A DNA stretch of 64,000 nucleotides from Polymyxa betae A26-41 (lineage: Eukaryota; Protista; Endomyxa: Phytomyxea). The stretch is from the NCBI GenBank assembly GCA_003693705.1, contig RBZT01000499.1:248001-312000 (forward strand). The letters are read 5' to 3'. Below are positions 47,076 through 64,000 of this stretch, piece by piece; within the stretch, counting starts at the first letter, position 1; every line of letters starts with the position of its first letter. The position numbers and the translations under genes were made by a program. The notes below the pieces were generated by a model. That model was given only the letters and a program-made list of their open reading frames with translations, had not been told where the DNA came from and did no database searches.

Positions 47076-50000
47076 ATGGTCCTAGTCGGCCAGCGCGGCA
47101 TCGCCTGCGTCAAAGGCGAAATACACAATGTTCTGGTCACAATGGATGCCTCGACATCGTCATCAGGCGCAGGGTTCTTCGATATCCTTGTGGAAGCATC
47201 TGATCTGTCCGTGTTTATACGAGCACTCCAAGATTTACACGACCAGCTTGGATTCTACTCAGACCTTGCGTCTATCGAATCGACTGCATTCTTTCGCCCT
47301 TTTCTAGCTGTCATTGAATCGAAAGATGTTCCATGGCAGGTAGTTTCATTTTCGCAATATTCACGGATGTGGAACTGAAATCTGGCAAGGCTCGAGCAGC
47401 AGCTCTGCAATCAGTCCACAAATTTCTTCTTTATGAGCTTGTTGTGCCTCAAAGCCTTTCTGCATTCGCTACCATGAATGAATGCGCTGCTGCTTTAGTG
47501 ATAGTGACATCGAAGGCATCCATTCATCGCTCGAGTCGCGAATTACTGCAGCTTCGCGCGCTGGAACTTTTTCTCGAGCTGGTTCGGTGCTCGGCCGGCG
47601 TTCTGATCAGCGACGATTCACTATGTTTGGCATTTGAGCAAATGATAGCTTTGAGACTGCATCCGAGTGCCAGTCACCTTTTAATTACCTATGTAATTTC
47701 GCTCACATTCTCAACTATCTTTATTTATTTTTTTGTAGGCTGAAGACATTCTTGGTCAATTCGTATTGGTGATTTTTGCCCGGGTCCGGTTATTGAAGTC
47801 GTTTGAAGAATCGCCATCGCCGAATTACCAACTCCGGCAGGAATCTGCTGCTGGCCATACATCATCAGGCTATGGCCCAGCAGCACTTGTTCGAATCCTC
47901 AAATTTATCGCTACTCATATTGACCCTGCTAATAACGAAATCATGGTTAGAACAATTAAAATCATTGTTGCAGTTTCGGGAATTTCGAAGTCGCTGGAAA
48001 CCATTTTATGTGTCTTTGTATGTAGTCCTTCAACTTCTGTTCTTTTAGGTTCGCCTGCTCGGGCTACGGTTAATCAATATGTGCCTCGAGACAGCTGGGA
48101 CCGCTGTCGGAAATCATCCAGTTATGGTCGCGGTCGTACAGGACGATATCTGCAAGCAGATTCTTCAGAATTCACAGACCGACGATTCGTCGATTTTAAC
48201 TCTGATCTTGAGGATTGTTTTCGATCTTTTTGCGACGCTTCGGAAGCATATTCGCGTTCAGTTAGAGGTTTAATTCCTCCGATATCACTTTGTTCGCTTC
48301 TAATCAATTTAGATTAGGTGTTCTTCACATCGATCCATATCAGGATCGCATCGAATCCGGCTGCTCCTCTCAATCAACGACGGCTGATCTTGCAAAGCAT
48401 TGTGAGAGATCCTATATTTAACAGTCTTATGTTGATTGCGTTGCAGGTTGAAATCTGTCATGAGCCGAACCTCTTGATCGGTTTATACAGGAATTACGAC
48501 TGCGAAATCGCCTCTACGAATATGTTTGAGGATCTGGTTCGGCTACTGAATCGTCTCTCATTGCCTGAGAGCCTCGTCCCGTCTCCATCTGCTACAAAAT
48601 CAGACGATACACTTTTTCTGAAAACCTCTCACTCTGTATGTTTTCATTTCTAATTTTTCTCTTTCTTTGCTGACTTGCTCAGGCTGTTCATTTACTTGCG
48701 CTGGAATCGCTTCTTGCTGTGATTGGCTCGATAGCGAAACGGTTCTCAAACAAGGTCCGGCATGACGACGACGAAGCCGTTGAGGACAGCAGCGATTGTG
48801 ATGAAGAACGTCTGTCTTCTAATCTTCGAGCTAAAGCCAGCTTAAAGCGGGCGGCGACTCTGTTCAACGAATGCGGCTATAAAGCTGTTGGACAGATTCA
48901 AGTGATGAGTTTAGTGGAACCTCCATCTGATCCAGAATTCTCCATCGATCCTGTCTGTAACCTCGGCTTCATCAATTCTTCTTTTCATGCTTTGACAGAA
49001 TTGTTTACCTTTTATATGTTTCAGTTTACAAATGCGCTTCGTTCATTTTTGCCTTAATCGGCGTGAATTATTCCTGAAACATTGTCTCTGATGATGTGAG
49101 CAGAATAGTATGGCAAAATTCTTATTGGAGACTCCTGGTTTGGATAAGCGACAAATCGGCGCTTATTTGGGCAGAGACGACAAAACATGCAGCGCTGTGT
49201 TGGACGAATATTTGGGTTTCTTTGAAATGCACGGTCTTGGGTGTGTTATCAAAATTGATCGGGGGTCAATATTCATATTTCTCTGTAGATTTGTTCAAGG
49301 TCTTCGTTGTTTCATGGAGTCCTTCATTATTCCTGGAGAAGCTCAAATGATTAGCCGAATCATGGAACGATTCGCGAAGCGTTATTTTTCTAAAAACCAC
49401 TCTGGCCCGATTGCCGATGAAGACGCTGCTTTCGTTTTAGCGTTCTCTGTGATCATGCTCAACACCGACGCTCATAATTCAAACATTTCCGCCAAAAACA
49501 AAATGTCTTTCGAGCAATTTGTTAGAAACAACCGTGGAATCAACAAGGTCTACGATGAGATTCCATCCAGATCGCATTGGTTTAGGCTTGTTAATAGGGA
49601 GCTGATTTCCCTGATGAATTTCTTCAATCGATCTATGATGAAATCGTGCAGCATGAGATCCGTATTGTGTCAGCGAGTATTGAAGACCTCGTTGACCATA
49701 CTGGTCATGGTGTTGTCAATTCCGCTCATTGGGAACAGTTGGTTCGTCACAACAAATACGAATTGGGGATTTTCAGATTTATATCGTTCTTGCTCAGGTG
49801 CGTCAATCACGTCAGGCAGAAATGGCGTCATTTCGTGTATCAGTAGACCATTCTCATGGCAAAGCAATGTTTAAGATGGTGCAGGCCAATTTTGCCCATC
49901 TAATCCCATTCTATTTAAGCAACATTAACGACCCTAAAATCGCCGAGAAACTTGTTGAAGGTTGCCATTTATTCTCGAGAATATGCATCATCTATGTATG

Positions 50001-52173
50001 GTCTCCAGTCAATCAAGCATAGTGGTTTTAATCCTGCAATAGGATATGCGGGATCCGTTCAATGGATTGATAATCAGTCTTTGTCGACATGTGATCCAGA
50101 GCCTGCAAGAAATGTATAACACTTCAGGTGATTCCGTCAAGGTCGTGTTCGGTAAAGCCCGACGAGCACACCGGTGCCTGTTATTGGTTTTCAAACTGGT
50201 TCTCAGTTATGGCTCGCGGTGCTTATGTGAAGGCTGGATGAATGTTATTCATATGATACTTTGGTTGAGGCAACTGGATCTCTTACCTGAAACACTTTGT
50301 CACATGGAAGATATTCGTGATAACGATGGGAAACCTCTTCCATCTTTTCAAATAGCTCCTGAGGATGCAACTTCTCGAAGAAGACCAAGCAAATCGCTGA
50401 CCGCTTCATTATTCAGCTCGTTCTGGTTGGAGAGCTCAGATGAAGAATATCCTGATGAGGAGAACATTCCTGACTGCGATTTAAAGATTTCTAAAGATCA
50501 CGAAGCGGAAAGTATTCTGATCGGATTAGAAGCTGTTCGTTCTGTAAGGATTTTACTCTTTGGTTAAATAACTTTTTGAATTGCTAATCAGTGTGGTATC
50601 GATCAATCATTTATGACCCCTCATCCATCCAGCTCGCCCGAATCGCTACGTCACCTGGTCCAGACGTTAATCATTCTTTCTGATCATGCTGTTGCCGATG
50701 CCAAAACTATCACCGGTCCACTGGAGAATTTTGACCCGGAAGTTTTGAACGAACATTGTGCTGTATTTTGCTTGGAGCGGCTGTCAAACATTGTGGAGAA
50801 CAATTCCGAGCAGTTGATACAAAGTGGTGTTTGGAATGTGATTCTGGAACATTTTCGTCACATTCTGAATGCATTTCCGGATCGGCCATCGCTTTTTGTC
50901 GAGCGTGCTGTCGTCAACCTTCTGCGGTTATGCGTCGCAGGACAGGAGAAAATTATTGATGATGCTGTTCAGTTGCTTCCCTCTTTACACGGTTTACCTG
51001 TAAACGTACATGCAGCGCTTGCTGATCGACTCGCTTTCGGGCTCTCGCTTTTCCTGAGGTGTCATTTGATACTGATTCTCTTGGCACGATTGCTAACTGG
51101 ATTGTAAAGGACACGATTGAACTTGGTTCCCGATTCGGCGTTTTCGAGCGTTTGTGCTATTCTGACCTCAACGAGATCACATCCGAGAGCTTTTGTTGCT
51201 GCCATGGATACTCTGGAGTTCCTGTGTCGGCATAGCAGTAAAACTTCAGAGCTGTTTGGGTTGCTGCATGTTGTTTCTAACCTAATTGAAGCTCCAGTAT
51301 GTTTTTCCGTTTTACCGAGTTTGCATCTGTATTTACATTGGATAGGGACCTTATGTTAAGCCAAGCACCGGTGTCGCCCTGCTGTTTGCCATACACAAAT
51401 CGATTGAGAAATTGGAAAATTCGGTAATCCAGCTTTCTCGAACGTAGTACCTAATCTAATTTTCATTTTAGCACTCCCCTGCGGAGGTGATGCCACAGCA
51501 GAATGCGCTCAGTGATCGCGATGACGCCTCTTTGAGGAACCTCTGGATGGCCAGCATTTCATGCCTATGCCGTGCGTGTTATTCTGCAGCAGATTATACA
51601 TCCCAGATTTATGCTGTGGATTGCCTAACATTGTCTCTCATTACCCAAGAGTGCATGCTCCAGGCCGATGTCTGGATTGACTGCTTCGACCACTTACTGC
51701 TTCCTTTGATTAAGTCTGAAGCAGATTCGGAAGTTGTTGTTCGAATCACAAGCATGGTCTTCAAAATCTTATTGTATCGATTGACAATCATGATGCAGCA
51801 TCCCCATTTTTCACCGTTTTGGTCAAGGTTCCTTTCTGGGGTAACTTCAGCAGTGCTTCGGGACAATCGTGATGAAACAGTTTGTTTGCATTTGCAAGAG
51901 TCACTTAAGAACGTCATTTTGGTTATCGCCAATATGCATTTCTCTCCAACCTGCCCTATTCAAAAAGACGAACTTCTCCAGTTAACCTTCGATTCTTTGA
52001 ACGAAAGCAGGAACTTCCAAGAGTTCTGTGAAGCGATAAAGAAAGAACTTGAAGGCGATCATGACAATGAATCTACGCATGGAGAGAATAAGCAAAATGT
52101 GAGTTCCGAATCTCAACCTGGTCTGAATAATAATGGTGTCGAGACGCATTTAGAACACTCTGTTATAAAGTAA
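47076..52173 (+). CDS. GBF1: Large Sec7-domain ARF-GEF, GBF1/GNOM/Gea type
   Basis: DCB/HUS motifs (LYRNYDCE..TNMFEDL), Sec7 FIIPGEAQMISRIMERF and AFSVIMLNTDAHN..NNRGIN, HDS regions; multi-exon. Confidence 0.9.
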
Positions 52174-52270
52174 TTTATTAATACTGAACAACCACGGGGA
52201 CTATCGTACAAAGGTACAGTTGGAAGCAATATCATGTTTAGAAGGAGTCTAGCTGTTCATTCGTTAAACA

Positions 52271-55063
52271 TTACTTGAAACTGTCAGAAGATTTCACGAC
52301 AATCTTTTCTTGCACGAGATTGTGTCGGAAACATTCGATAATATCGCCCTGTTGAATTTCTGTGAAGCCGTCCAGGACAATACCACATTCGCTCCCTTTT
52401 TCAACAAAAGGTACGTCGTCCTTGAAATGCTTCAAGCTGCTCAGAGAACCCTCCCAGATGAGTTCACCAGAGCGAATCAGCTGCACCAGAGCGGATTTAT
52501 TCATCTTTCCAGCAACGACGCGACAGCCTGCCACACGACTGGCAACCTTTCCTCGATTGCCGCGAAGTTCGAAGATGGTGGCGATTTCAGCTCGGCCCAG
52601 CGATTCCATCACCTGTAGTGGCATTATAAGTTTGACAAGATAATTCATTACTGTGAAACTTGCCTGTTTCGACGGCATCAACCTATTTACAGAATCGATC
52701 ACATCGTCCATCATTTTGTAGATAATCTTCTGTGTTTTGACATCGACCTCAGATTCCTTCGCGATCCGTTTCAGTGCAGAGGGCAGTGCCACATTAAATC
52801 CGAAAATCGTGGCCCCTGACAAGATGTCAGATTTGGACAAGGGCAAGACCCTGGTTGAGTACCTGATTGCTTGGCAAGATCAAAATCTTGCTGTGTAATA
52901 TTTCCAACAGCCTGCGACATCACCCGTACGACGACTTTGTCTTGGGGCAGGCTACTGATAAACTCGGAAACAGCAGTTAACGATCCTGACATGTCGGCAC
53001 GTATGATAGCCCGAAGAATCTTGGGCCCGCTTGGTTCCTATTGATTATTACATCCACAATGTCAAATCCAGCCGAGAACAACCAATACATCATTTGATTC
53101 CAAGGCGTCCTTCTCAGGTGCTTGCCATAGTTGAGAATTAACGAGCTGTTCTTGTTCATGCAACCAAACTCTTCTGGAAGCCATTCTGGCATAGAACGAT
53201 TCAGACGTTCACGCGATTGAAAAACATCCCGATAGCGATATCACCTTCGCGCTCGTTGTTCTGTATCAACAACGACCATATCAGAGCCCGCCTCTGGATT
53301 CTCTTTCAGCCCGCATAATTGCACAGCTTGCGATGGTGTGGCGAGCCTCACTGATTTCCCTTCGTCGTCATACTACAGTATTCAATACAACCATCGACCA
53401 ATACGAGACGTTCTGACCATAGCTTTGACAACCCCGAAATGTGTTCCAGCCAGGACAATATCGCCAACCTTCAATGTACCTCGACGTATTAAAGCAGAGA
53501 CCATGGTACCTTTACCACGTTCAATATGGGAATCTATAACCTAATTACAGAATCACAAACACATCCAACACCGCGGCAATGATGACATTACCACAGCTCG
53601 TGCTGGTCCATCGACGGGCGCCATCGGTTCCGCCATCTCGCCCATCAGAGCGATCGCTTCTCGTAATGCATCAAGACCATTTTTGGTAACCGATGATACA
53701 GGCACGGTTGGAACATCTCCACCCAATGATTCACAGACAATGCCTAAGAGCAGGAGCGTTTAAGAGAATGGAGAGAATCGGTTCACTGATCTCCTTCCTA
53801 CCATGATCGAGCAGATCACGTTTAACCCGATCTATATCAGCTGCTGGTAGATCAGACTTCGTAATAGCCACAACTAAGGGAAGATTCTCAGCCAGGATGG
53901 TCCTGATCGAGGCCACCGTCTGTGCCTGAACGCTGGCGTCCGCCGCCACGACCAGTACGACCACGTCCTAGATGTCGTTCAGCGACGGTCAGCATGCCCC
54001 TGCTGGGATGTTATACCGTTAGACGGCAGGCGTTAGCCCTCATGGTCATGAAAGCACCATGTCCAGGTGTATCCAATACGGTGGCCATCGCATCATCGGT
54101 TAAGGGCAGGGCGAAGGCCCCGATCCGCTGGGTGATGCCACCGAACTCGCCGGACGCTACACGACTGGATCGCAGCGCATCCAGCAGGCTCGTCTGGAAG
54201 ACTAGGGTTAGGGTTTTTTGGGGTTTGATGAAGGGACCTTCACACACCTTGCCATGATCAACATGGCCCACGATCGACACCACCACGGGCCGTTTCGGTT
54301 GCGGATCGCCGGGCGCTTCGGCATACTGGTTTTCGACGTAGCGTTCGTCGTCCTTCTCGATGTCGGCCGGGCGCAATTCGATCTCGAACGATAGATCCAG
54401 GTCAAGAGCCGCGAGCTGTCAAGCCGAGAGATGAGTTCGAGGGCGACGACGACCGCCGCTGTACCTGGATGGCTTCGGTGGAGACGGTGTACTCGGCCTG
54501 AGATCCACGACGAGGGATTCGTTCACCCATACGACGTAGGATACCGACCAGCTTAGGCATAGAGACCATCATTAGCTTACTCGCATCACGTATAGTGATT
54601 GGAACACCCTCGGTTAACAGCACCTTTCTGAGGCGCTCAGGGCGATCGGTCCGAACGAATTTCTTCTTGCTACGTCGAGCGACCCGCTCCTGGTATTCGC
54701 GGTTACGTCGTTCAGCTTCACGAGTTCGCTGCTCTCGGGTCTTAATTCGAGACCCATTCGATTCTGTATCATAGAGAGCGTTGAAAAACGAGACCACCTG
54801 AAGATAGAATTAACTATTTGCAGGAACGTTGAAAGGTGAAAACAGACAGAGTTGTCCTTGGGTTGTAAACTTGGAGCTGCTTGGGCTTTAGGCGGGTCGG
54901 CATCAGCGACGACGATTCGGCGTAAAGAGTTCGTCTGGGCAGTTGCCGGGCCCGGAACCGTCAGCGATGGAGATGGGCGAGCTTCAGCGGCATTCTTTTG
55001 TAGAATTCGGCGGACGTGGTCGACGAGCGACGCGGAACTGGAAGCCCACCTTCTTACCATCAT
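52271..55063 (-). CDS. MTIF2: Translation initiation factor IF-2, mitochondrial
   Basis: Presequence-like N-terminus; [62 protein letters not shown]. Confidence 0.93.
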
Positions 55064-55323
55064 TCAGCAGCTGGATTTTGAGCACATGATGAGGCTGATG
55101 ACGGCAACTGCGTTGAAGCAACTTTACATAAAAGTTTCATGTTGCACTGTCGCAAAACGTGCAAACTATGCGCAATCTTGTCAACATTTGGAATAATTTG
55201 CTATGAACAAAAGGTACAAAACCAACGAAACGTGACTCCTCTGAAATTCTAAATTGAGTTGATCTACAATAATATAATTCGCAGATCACCAATCAAAAGA
55301 ACAATTTCTGATACTTATTATTA

Positions 55324-56658
55324 TTATAATCCGAGATGCTCTTTCATAATTCGTTGAGCATCGGAATCTTTGAAGCTGGAAGACGAGGGTGGCACAATGA
55401 GCCTCTGGACAGGTTCCGGTTCCGAAGTCAAATGCTGTTTAAACTTTCGGAACTCGGCGTCGTCCTCATCAGGCAGCACTGTCCTGGGCCGTTTCGTCAC
55501 CGGCTCCGATTCTTGTTTGCCCTGGCTCACAGCACTCTTCGCCACCGGTCTATCTGGGAACTGATTCTCATTGGCGGCGATCAGCTGCGCCGGATGTTGA
55601 ATCGGTTGTGGTGGCATGGCCGGGTACGGCGGATACGCAGGATGCGGCGCCATTCCGGGGTGGTAATAAGGCTGCATGCCAGGATATGGTACAGGAGGAA
55701 TCCCATAAATGGGTGGCATGCCTGCCATCATACCGGGCATCGGTGGCGGCATATAGCCGTATGGCGGCATCGCATACGACGCCTGTGGAGGTGTCTGAGG
55801 AGCGGCGGCCGGCGTCGGTTTCGGCGGTGGTGGTGGTTTCGGGGCGTTCTTTGCCGCTTCAAAGGCCTGTTTGACAGTCTCAATGAGGTCATCGATGAGA
55901 TTTTTGGCGTCGTTGACGGCCGTCGTAGTCTTGCCCGTGATGTCGAACTGTAGCAGGACGGCCATTGGCCGGTTCTGGTTTCGCAACTGGATTTCGCAGC
56001 CAGACTGCGATTCAATGTGCTTCAGATAGGACGATTCGGGTCCAAGCAGATTGCCAACTAACGCGAATTTCCGAGCCTCAGCTGCCGCACGCGGGATAGG
56101 CACCGGAACCGTCAAAGTCAGGTTGCCATTAGAGTCTTTTACAGCCGCCGGCTGCGACGGTGTCGAAGTCGTGCCCGATCCAGAAGCCGACGTTGGATTG
56201 TTGTAGGTCGAACCGGTCTCCACGACACGATCAATCCATTTGATAGCTTCAGTCATATCAGCCATCGATGGTGCTGTTAATAGGAGATGTAATGACCGGT
56301 CGCTGGGAGTGCTCAGCTTGCTATCAGTCAGGTAGCGTCCGCGAACGACAGCAGTTGTCTTGGTAGCATTCTGCAGTTGGATGTGAACCGTCTTTCGGGT
56401 TAACAGGCCACGATGCTTGCAATCGTTGATGATAAATTCGGCGGTGATCGTCCCATCTGGACCAGTAATGAGATTCTCGACCAGCGGATTCTTGTTGGGC
56501 TGTACAGGTGCCGAGTCTGGGGCGACATCCCAAAGACGTCGGGTGCGCCTTCGGCCGGTAGCGCCAGCAGCATCTGCAGGTGCCGGGGGCGTCGTCGTCC
56601 GACTCATCGATAGCAGATGGAAGTCTGGATACAAACTGCGTGAATGTTCCGAAGACAT
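55324..56658 (-). CDS. KH-domain RNA-binding protein, KHDC4/BLOM7/RIK-like
   Basis: AEFIIND..RGLLTR..RGRY..DRSLHL (KH1) and GPESSYLKHIESQSG (KH2); RRLWD motif; Pro-rich tail. The true start may be the downstream MSRTTT. Confidence 0.8.
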   Translation of the reverse strand: MSSEHSRSLYPDFHLLSMSRTTTPPAPADAAGATGRRRTRRLWDVAPDSAPVQPNKNPLVENLITGPDGTITAEFIINDCKHRGLLTRKTVHIQLQNATKTTAVVRGRYLTDSKLSTPSDRSLHLLLTAPSMADMTEAIKWIDRVVETGSTYNNPTSASGSGTTSTPSQPAAVKDSNGNLTLTVPVPIPRAAAEARKFALVGNLLGPESSYLKHIESQSGCEIQLRNQNRPMAVLLQFDITGKTTTAVNDAKNLIDDLIETVKQAFEAAKNAPKPPPPPKPTPAAAPQTPPQASYAMPPYGYMPPPMPGMMAGMPPIYGIPPVPYPGMQPYYHPGMAPHPAYPPYPAMPPQPIQHPAQLIAANENQFPDRPVAKSAVSQGKQESEPVTKRPRTVLPDEDDAEFRKFKQHLTSEPEPVQRLIVPPSSSSFKDSDAQRIMKEHLGL

Positions 56659-56899
56659 TCAAGAAACAGTGATGGGGTGTTGGGGCCACCGTCATTCAAG
56701 AAACAGTTATAAAGGTGATGGGGCCACGATCATTCAAGAAACAATGATGGGGCCACCATCTTTTAAGAATCAGTGATGGGGTGATGGGGCCACCGTCATT
56801 CAAGAAACAGTTATAAAGGTGATGGGGCCACGATCATTCAAGGAACAGTGATGGGGTCACCATCTTTTAAGAATCAGTGATGGGGTGATGGGGCCACAA
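56656..56899. repeat. Higher-order tandem repeat: seven 29-38 bp subunits with a 104-bp period
   Basis: Subunits C(A/T)TT(C/T)AAGAA(A/T)CAG..GATGGGGCCAC; identical subunit B starts at 56693 and 56797. Confidence 0.92.
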
Positions 56900-56962
56900 T
56901 GGCACATTCCCAGATTTAGAGGCAGATCACATGACTCATTTTTAGTGTTGTTTTATAAATGA

Positions 56963-58437
56963 TTAACGCCTCCAGAACTTCACGACACGGTCACGTCCGC
57001 CTGAAGCAACCCTGTCGCCATCCGGGCTCCAATCCAGGGCGAAGACCTCGTCGGCGTGGCCGGGCAGGTCCTTCATGAGCTTCTTGGTCCTGACCTCCCA
57101 GACCTTCACCGTGCTGTCTCGGCTACCGCTTACTAGCAAGCGACTATCGGCCGACCAGGCCACGCTGTAGACTGCCTGGACGTGGCCGCGAAGCGTCGCC
57201 ACGAATCGCCCGGTGATCCCATCCCAGATTCGAATGGAATGGTCGAACGCAGCGCTGGCAATTAGCCGGCCATCGGGAGAGAATAGAATATGGTTTACAG
57301 GCTGCTGATGTCCCGTTAATCCTATCAGAAGTCAGACAATGAGATTCTAGGGTTTAGGGCTGACATACGAGCTATCGGCTTGTCGGATTTTGACGGGATC
57401 CATAAGAACAGAGTGAAGTCGTCACTGCAAGAGATTAGCCGCTCATCACCGATCGCCTGATATCGTTCCCGGGCCGCCTGGCGATGATCATCGGGAGCCT
57501 GACCGCGATGATCGAACGGTCCTGTCCGTAGGACGTAATCGCTGCTAAGCGAGAGGCTATTCACCCAGTGCGCATGGCCGTTGAGCGTTTTCAGCAGAAC
57601 GCCGGTGTCCGGGTTCCAGACGCGTATCGTCCGGTCTTGAGATGCCGAATACAGGACGCTATCGCCGCCCCAACGAATACACGTGACGCAGGCGGTGTGC
57701 CCGCTTAAGATGCGCTCCAGGACACCGGTCGCCGCATTCCAGATCCGTACGGTGCCATCCTTCGAGGCGGATGCGAACCGTGGCGTGTTGTTGAGGAAGA
57801 CGGGCTGCCAGGCGAACGAGGTGATCCATTTCGAATGACCTCGAGCGAGAGGGCGCTTGGAAGAGGCGACGCCTTTGATAGGGTCCCAGATGTAGATGAC
57901 GCCGTCCTTATCACCCGAAACGAGCCAGGCCCCATTCGGCGACCAGGCGACGCTCATAACCCAGTTTTTATGACCCTTCATGGTGTGCAAAGGCATCTCG
58001 GCGTTTACCTCCCAGATCCGGACGGTTGTATCACCGGATGCGGTAGCCAAATGCTTGCCATCAGGGGAGAATTGGACATGCAGGATGGCTTCAGTATGAC
58101 CCGGCAGTGTTGATGTACAGCGACCGACGGAGCGAACTCGGAAAACAGCCTCGGGTTGAAATGTGATTGTGGTGACAAACTCGGAAGATAGCGACGTGGC
58201 GTCCATCGCTTCGTTCAGAGATCTCAAGATTTCGTCGTCACCCAGGAACAACGAATAAGGCTGGGTTTCATCGGCTCCAGTGATAGATCGAACCACTTCG
58301 GCCAATTGGCTTTTGGTGACGTTGTACGGCAGGGATATTTGAGGTCCGGTTATCTGGCCACTTTCACCATCTCGAAAATGGACAATAACATGACGATCAG
58401 TGTCCGAAACCGAGGCATTTTCCAAAGGGATGCCCAT
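56963..58437 (-). CDS. NLE1: Notchless / Rsa4 ribosome assembly WD40 protein
   Basis: NLE ubiquitin-like domain, QPEAVFRVR..CTSTLPGH, GHAHWVNSLSLSSDYVLRTG, SCSDDFTLFLW, DLPGHADEVFALDWSPDG; intron 57322-57368. Confidence 0.96.
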
Positions 58438-58580
58438 TGCAGATTCTGTGTAAGGCGATCTTGATGACGGGAATTTCACGGAGATGTCGGAGTCCGCAGT
58501 TTAGAGCAACAGATTTTGTTTCTTTGGCGTGAAATTTAACAAATATAATTTATTTATGCTAAAGACAACAAGGGATGTCC

Positions 58581-63058
<4,478 letters not shown>

Positions 63059-63439
63059 GGGCCGAAGCAGATGACGACCAGCTAATCCGGATCACCTTTA
63101 GTGACCCAGCGGAGCCGCGACGCAATTCCAACTTCAACGCCTTCGACAGACGTTTATCAGTTCTGAAGCCTTTTTTGATAAACAATGAAATTCTGTATTG
63201 ATAATGAAGAGACATCAAAATAGTAACGTTTCCTCAGTGAATGATGCTGGTCTAGTGGTTTCATGGCCATTTAGGGGGTTTCATAAGTCATTAGGTCATT
63301 ATGAGTCCTATCGCAGGTCGTAACGTGAACCTACCAGTCCATGCACGACTTGGAGTTTGCGGGGGTATCACTATCGTGTATGTTCTCGACTAATAAAGAC
63401 AGATGATACAGAGCGCAGCTTCACTCTCTATCGACAGCT

Positions 63440-64000
63440 ATGAACATTCTACCTCGGTATTTAATCATTCAGCAGGGCGCCCGGCGCCATCTTCCCAACA
63501 TTCTATCGGAGCTCAAGTGTACGCGCCCGTTGTTGATCACCGATCCCTTTATGCAAAAGCACGGACACGCTGATGAACTTCGGGAGATTATCGCTCAACA
63601 GCATAAAGCAAGTATGCTGCCGATGACTGCTAAGCAAAGGGCTAAACTGATTCGCAATTAGCTCTTGCTCTAGATGTATTCTACAAGACTGTCCCCGAAC
63701 CTGATACTAATTGCCTGAAAGAAGCGCTGGCGACGTTTCGTGATGGCAATTACGATTGCGTGGTTGCTCTTGGAGGAGGATCTCCCATCGGTTGGTAGCT
63801 AATAGATTAGCTCCTCTTGGAGCTCCCTTGCTTAGGGTCAAGAGTTTAGACATCGCCAAAGCTGTAGCTGTAATTGGGCATGGCGAACCTGATCTTAACA
63901 AATACAGAGTGCCGAATATTCCAAAGAATGGATTGCCAGTAATAGCGGTTAGGATATCATACCATCAAGCCTACATTAGCTGATTCTTTTGGAACAGATT
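63440..64000 (+). CDS. Iron-containing alcohol dehydrogenase (5' part only)
   Basis: PLLITDPFM, VPEPD, VVALGGGSP(I)DIAKAVA and LPVIAV motifs across short introns. Confidence 0.88.

Noticed and set aside
42162-52173. Fragmented ORFs suggesting pseudogenes, frameshifting or an alternative genetic code
   Set aside because: The breaks examined coincide with canonical GT-AG introns; the standard code gives conserved proteins.
55336-56776. Several + strand ORFs opposite the KH-domain gene
   Set aside because: GC-rich antisense frames with no recognisable protein features.
56656-56899. CRISPR-like array
   Set aside because: The intervening segments repeat with a 104-bp period rather than being unique spacers; no cas genes; eukaryotic context.

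Overview
Gene-dense eukaryotic (protist) nuclear DNA, not prokaryotic. It holds about 35 protein-coding genes in 64 kb, mostly split by short (about 45-60 nt) GT-AG introns, with very short intergenic spacers. The axonemal dynein assembly gene (DNAAF1) implies a flagellated stage and SPO11 implies meiosis. The architecture suggests a phytomyxid/plasmodiophorid plant parasite (Spongospora/Polymyxa-like), but this is inference and should be tested with RPB2. Recognisable housekeeping genes: SPO11, tomosyn/Lgl, NBP35, RPF2, V-ATPase E, HVA22/REEP, NDT1-like carrier, flavin reductase, CWC25, SPT20, HIBCH, DNAAF1, rhomboid, NR2C2AP, RPB2, GBF1/GNOM, mitochondrial IF2, KHDC4/RIK, NLE1, GCN2 and an Fe-ADH. 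The most interesting item is an intronless gene (19878-20927) that joins a signal peptide to a TBC1D20/Gyp8-like Rab-GAP domain with both catalytic fingers intact, a candidate secreted Rab-inactivating effector; it lies near a secreted 8-Cys protein in a small repeat-flanked island. Other items are a divergent XLF/NHEJ1-like gene, a possible Pol I A14-like micro-protein, an inverted pair of PH plus neurobeachin-like paralogs, a tandem duplication that kept a DUF4336 gene but decayed a Ubl-PUB-RING copy, JmjC and Myb/SANT relics, and a 104-bp higher-order repeat whose core motif recurs upstream of several genes. Multi-exon gene spans were assembled by eye; family calls are from motif recognition, not database searches.
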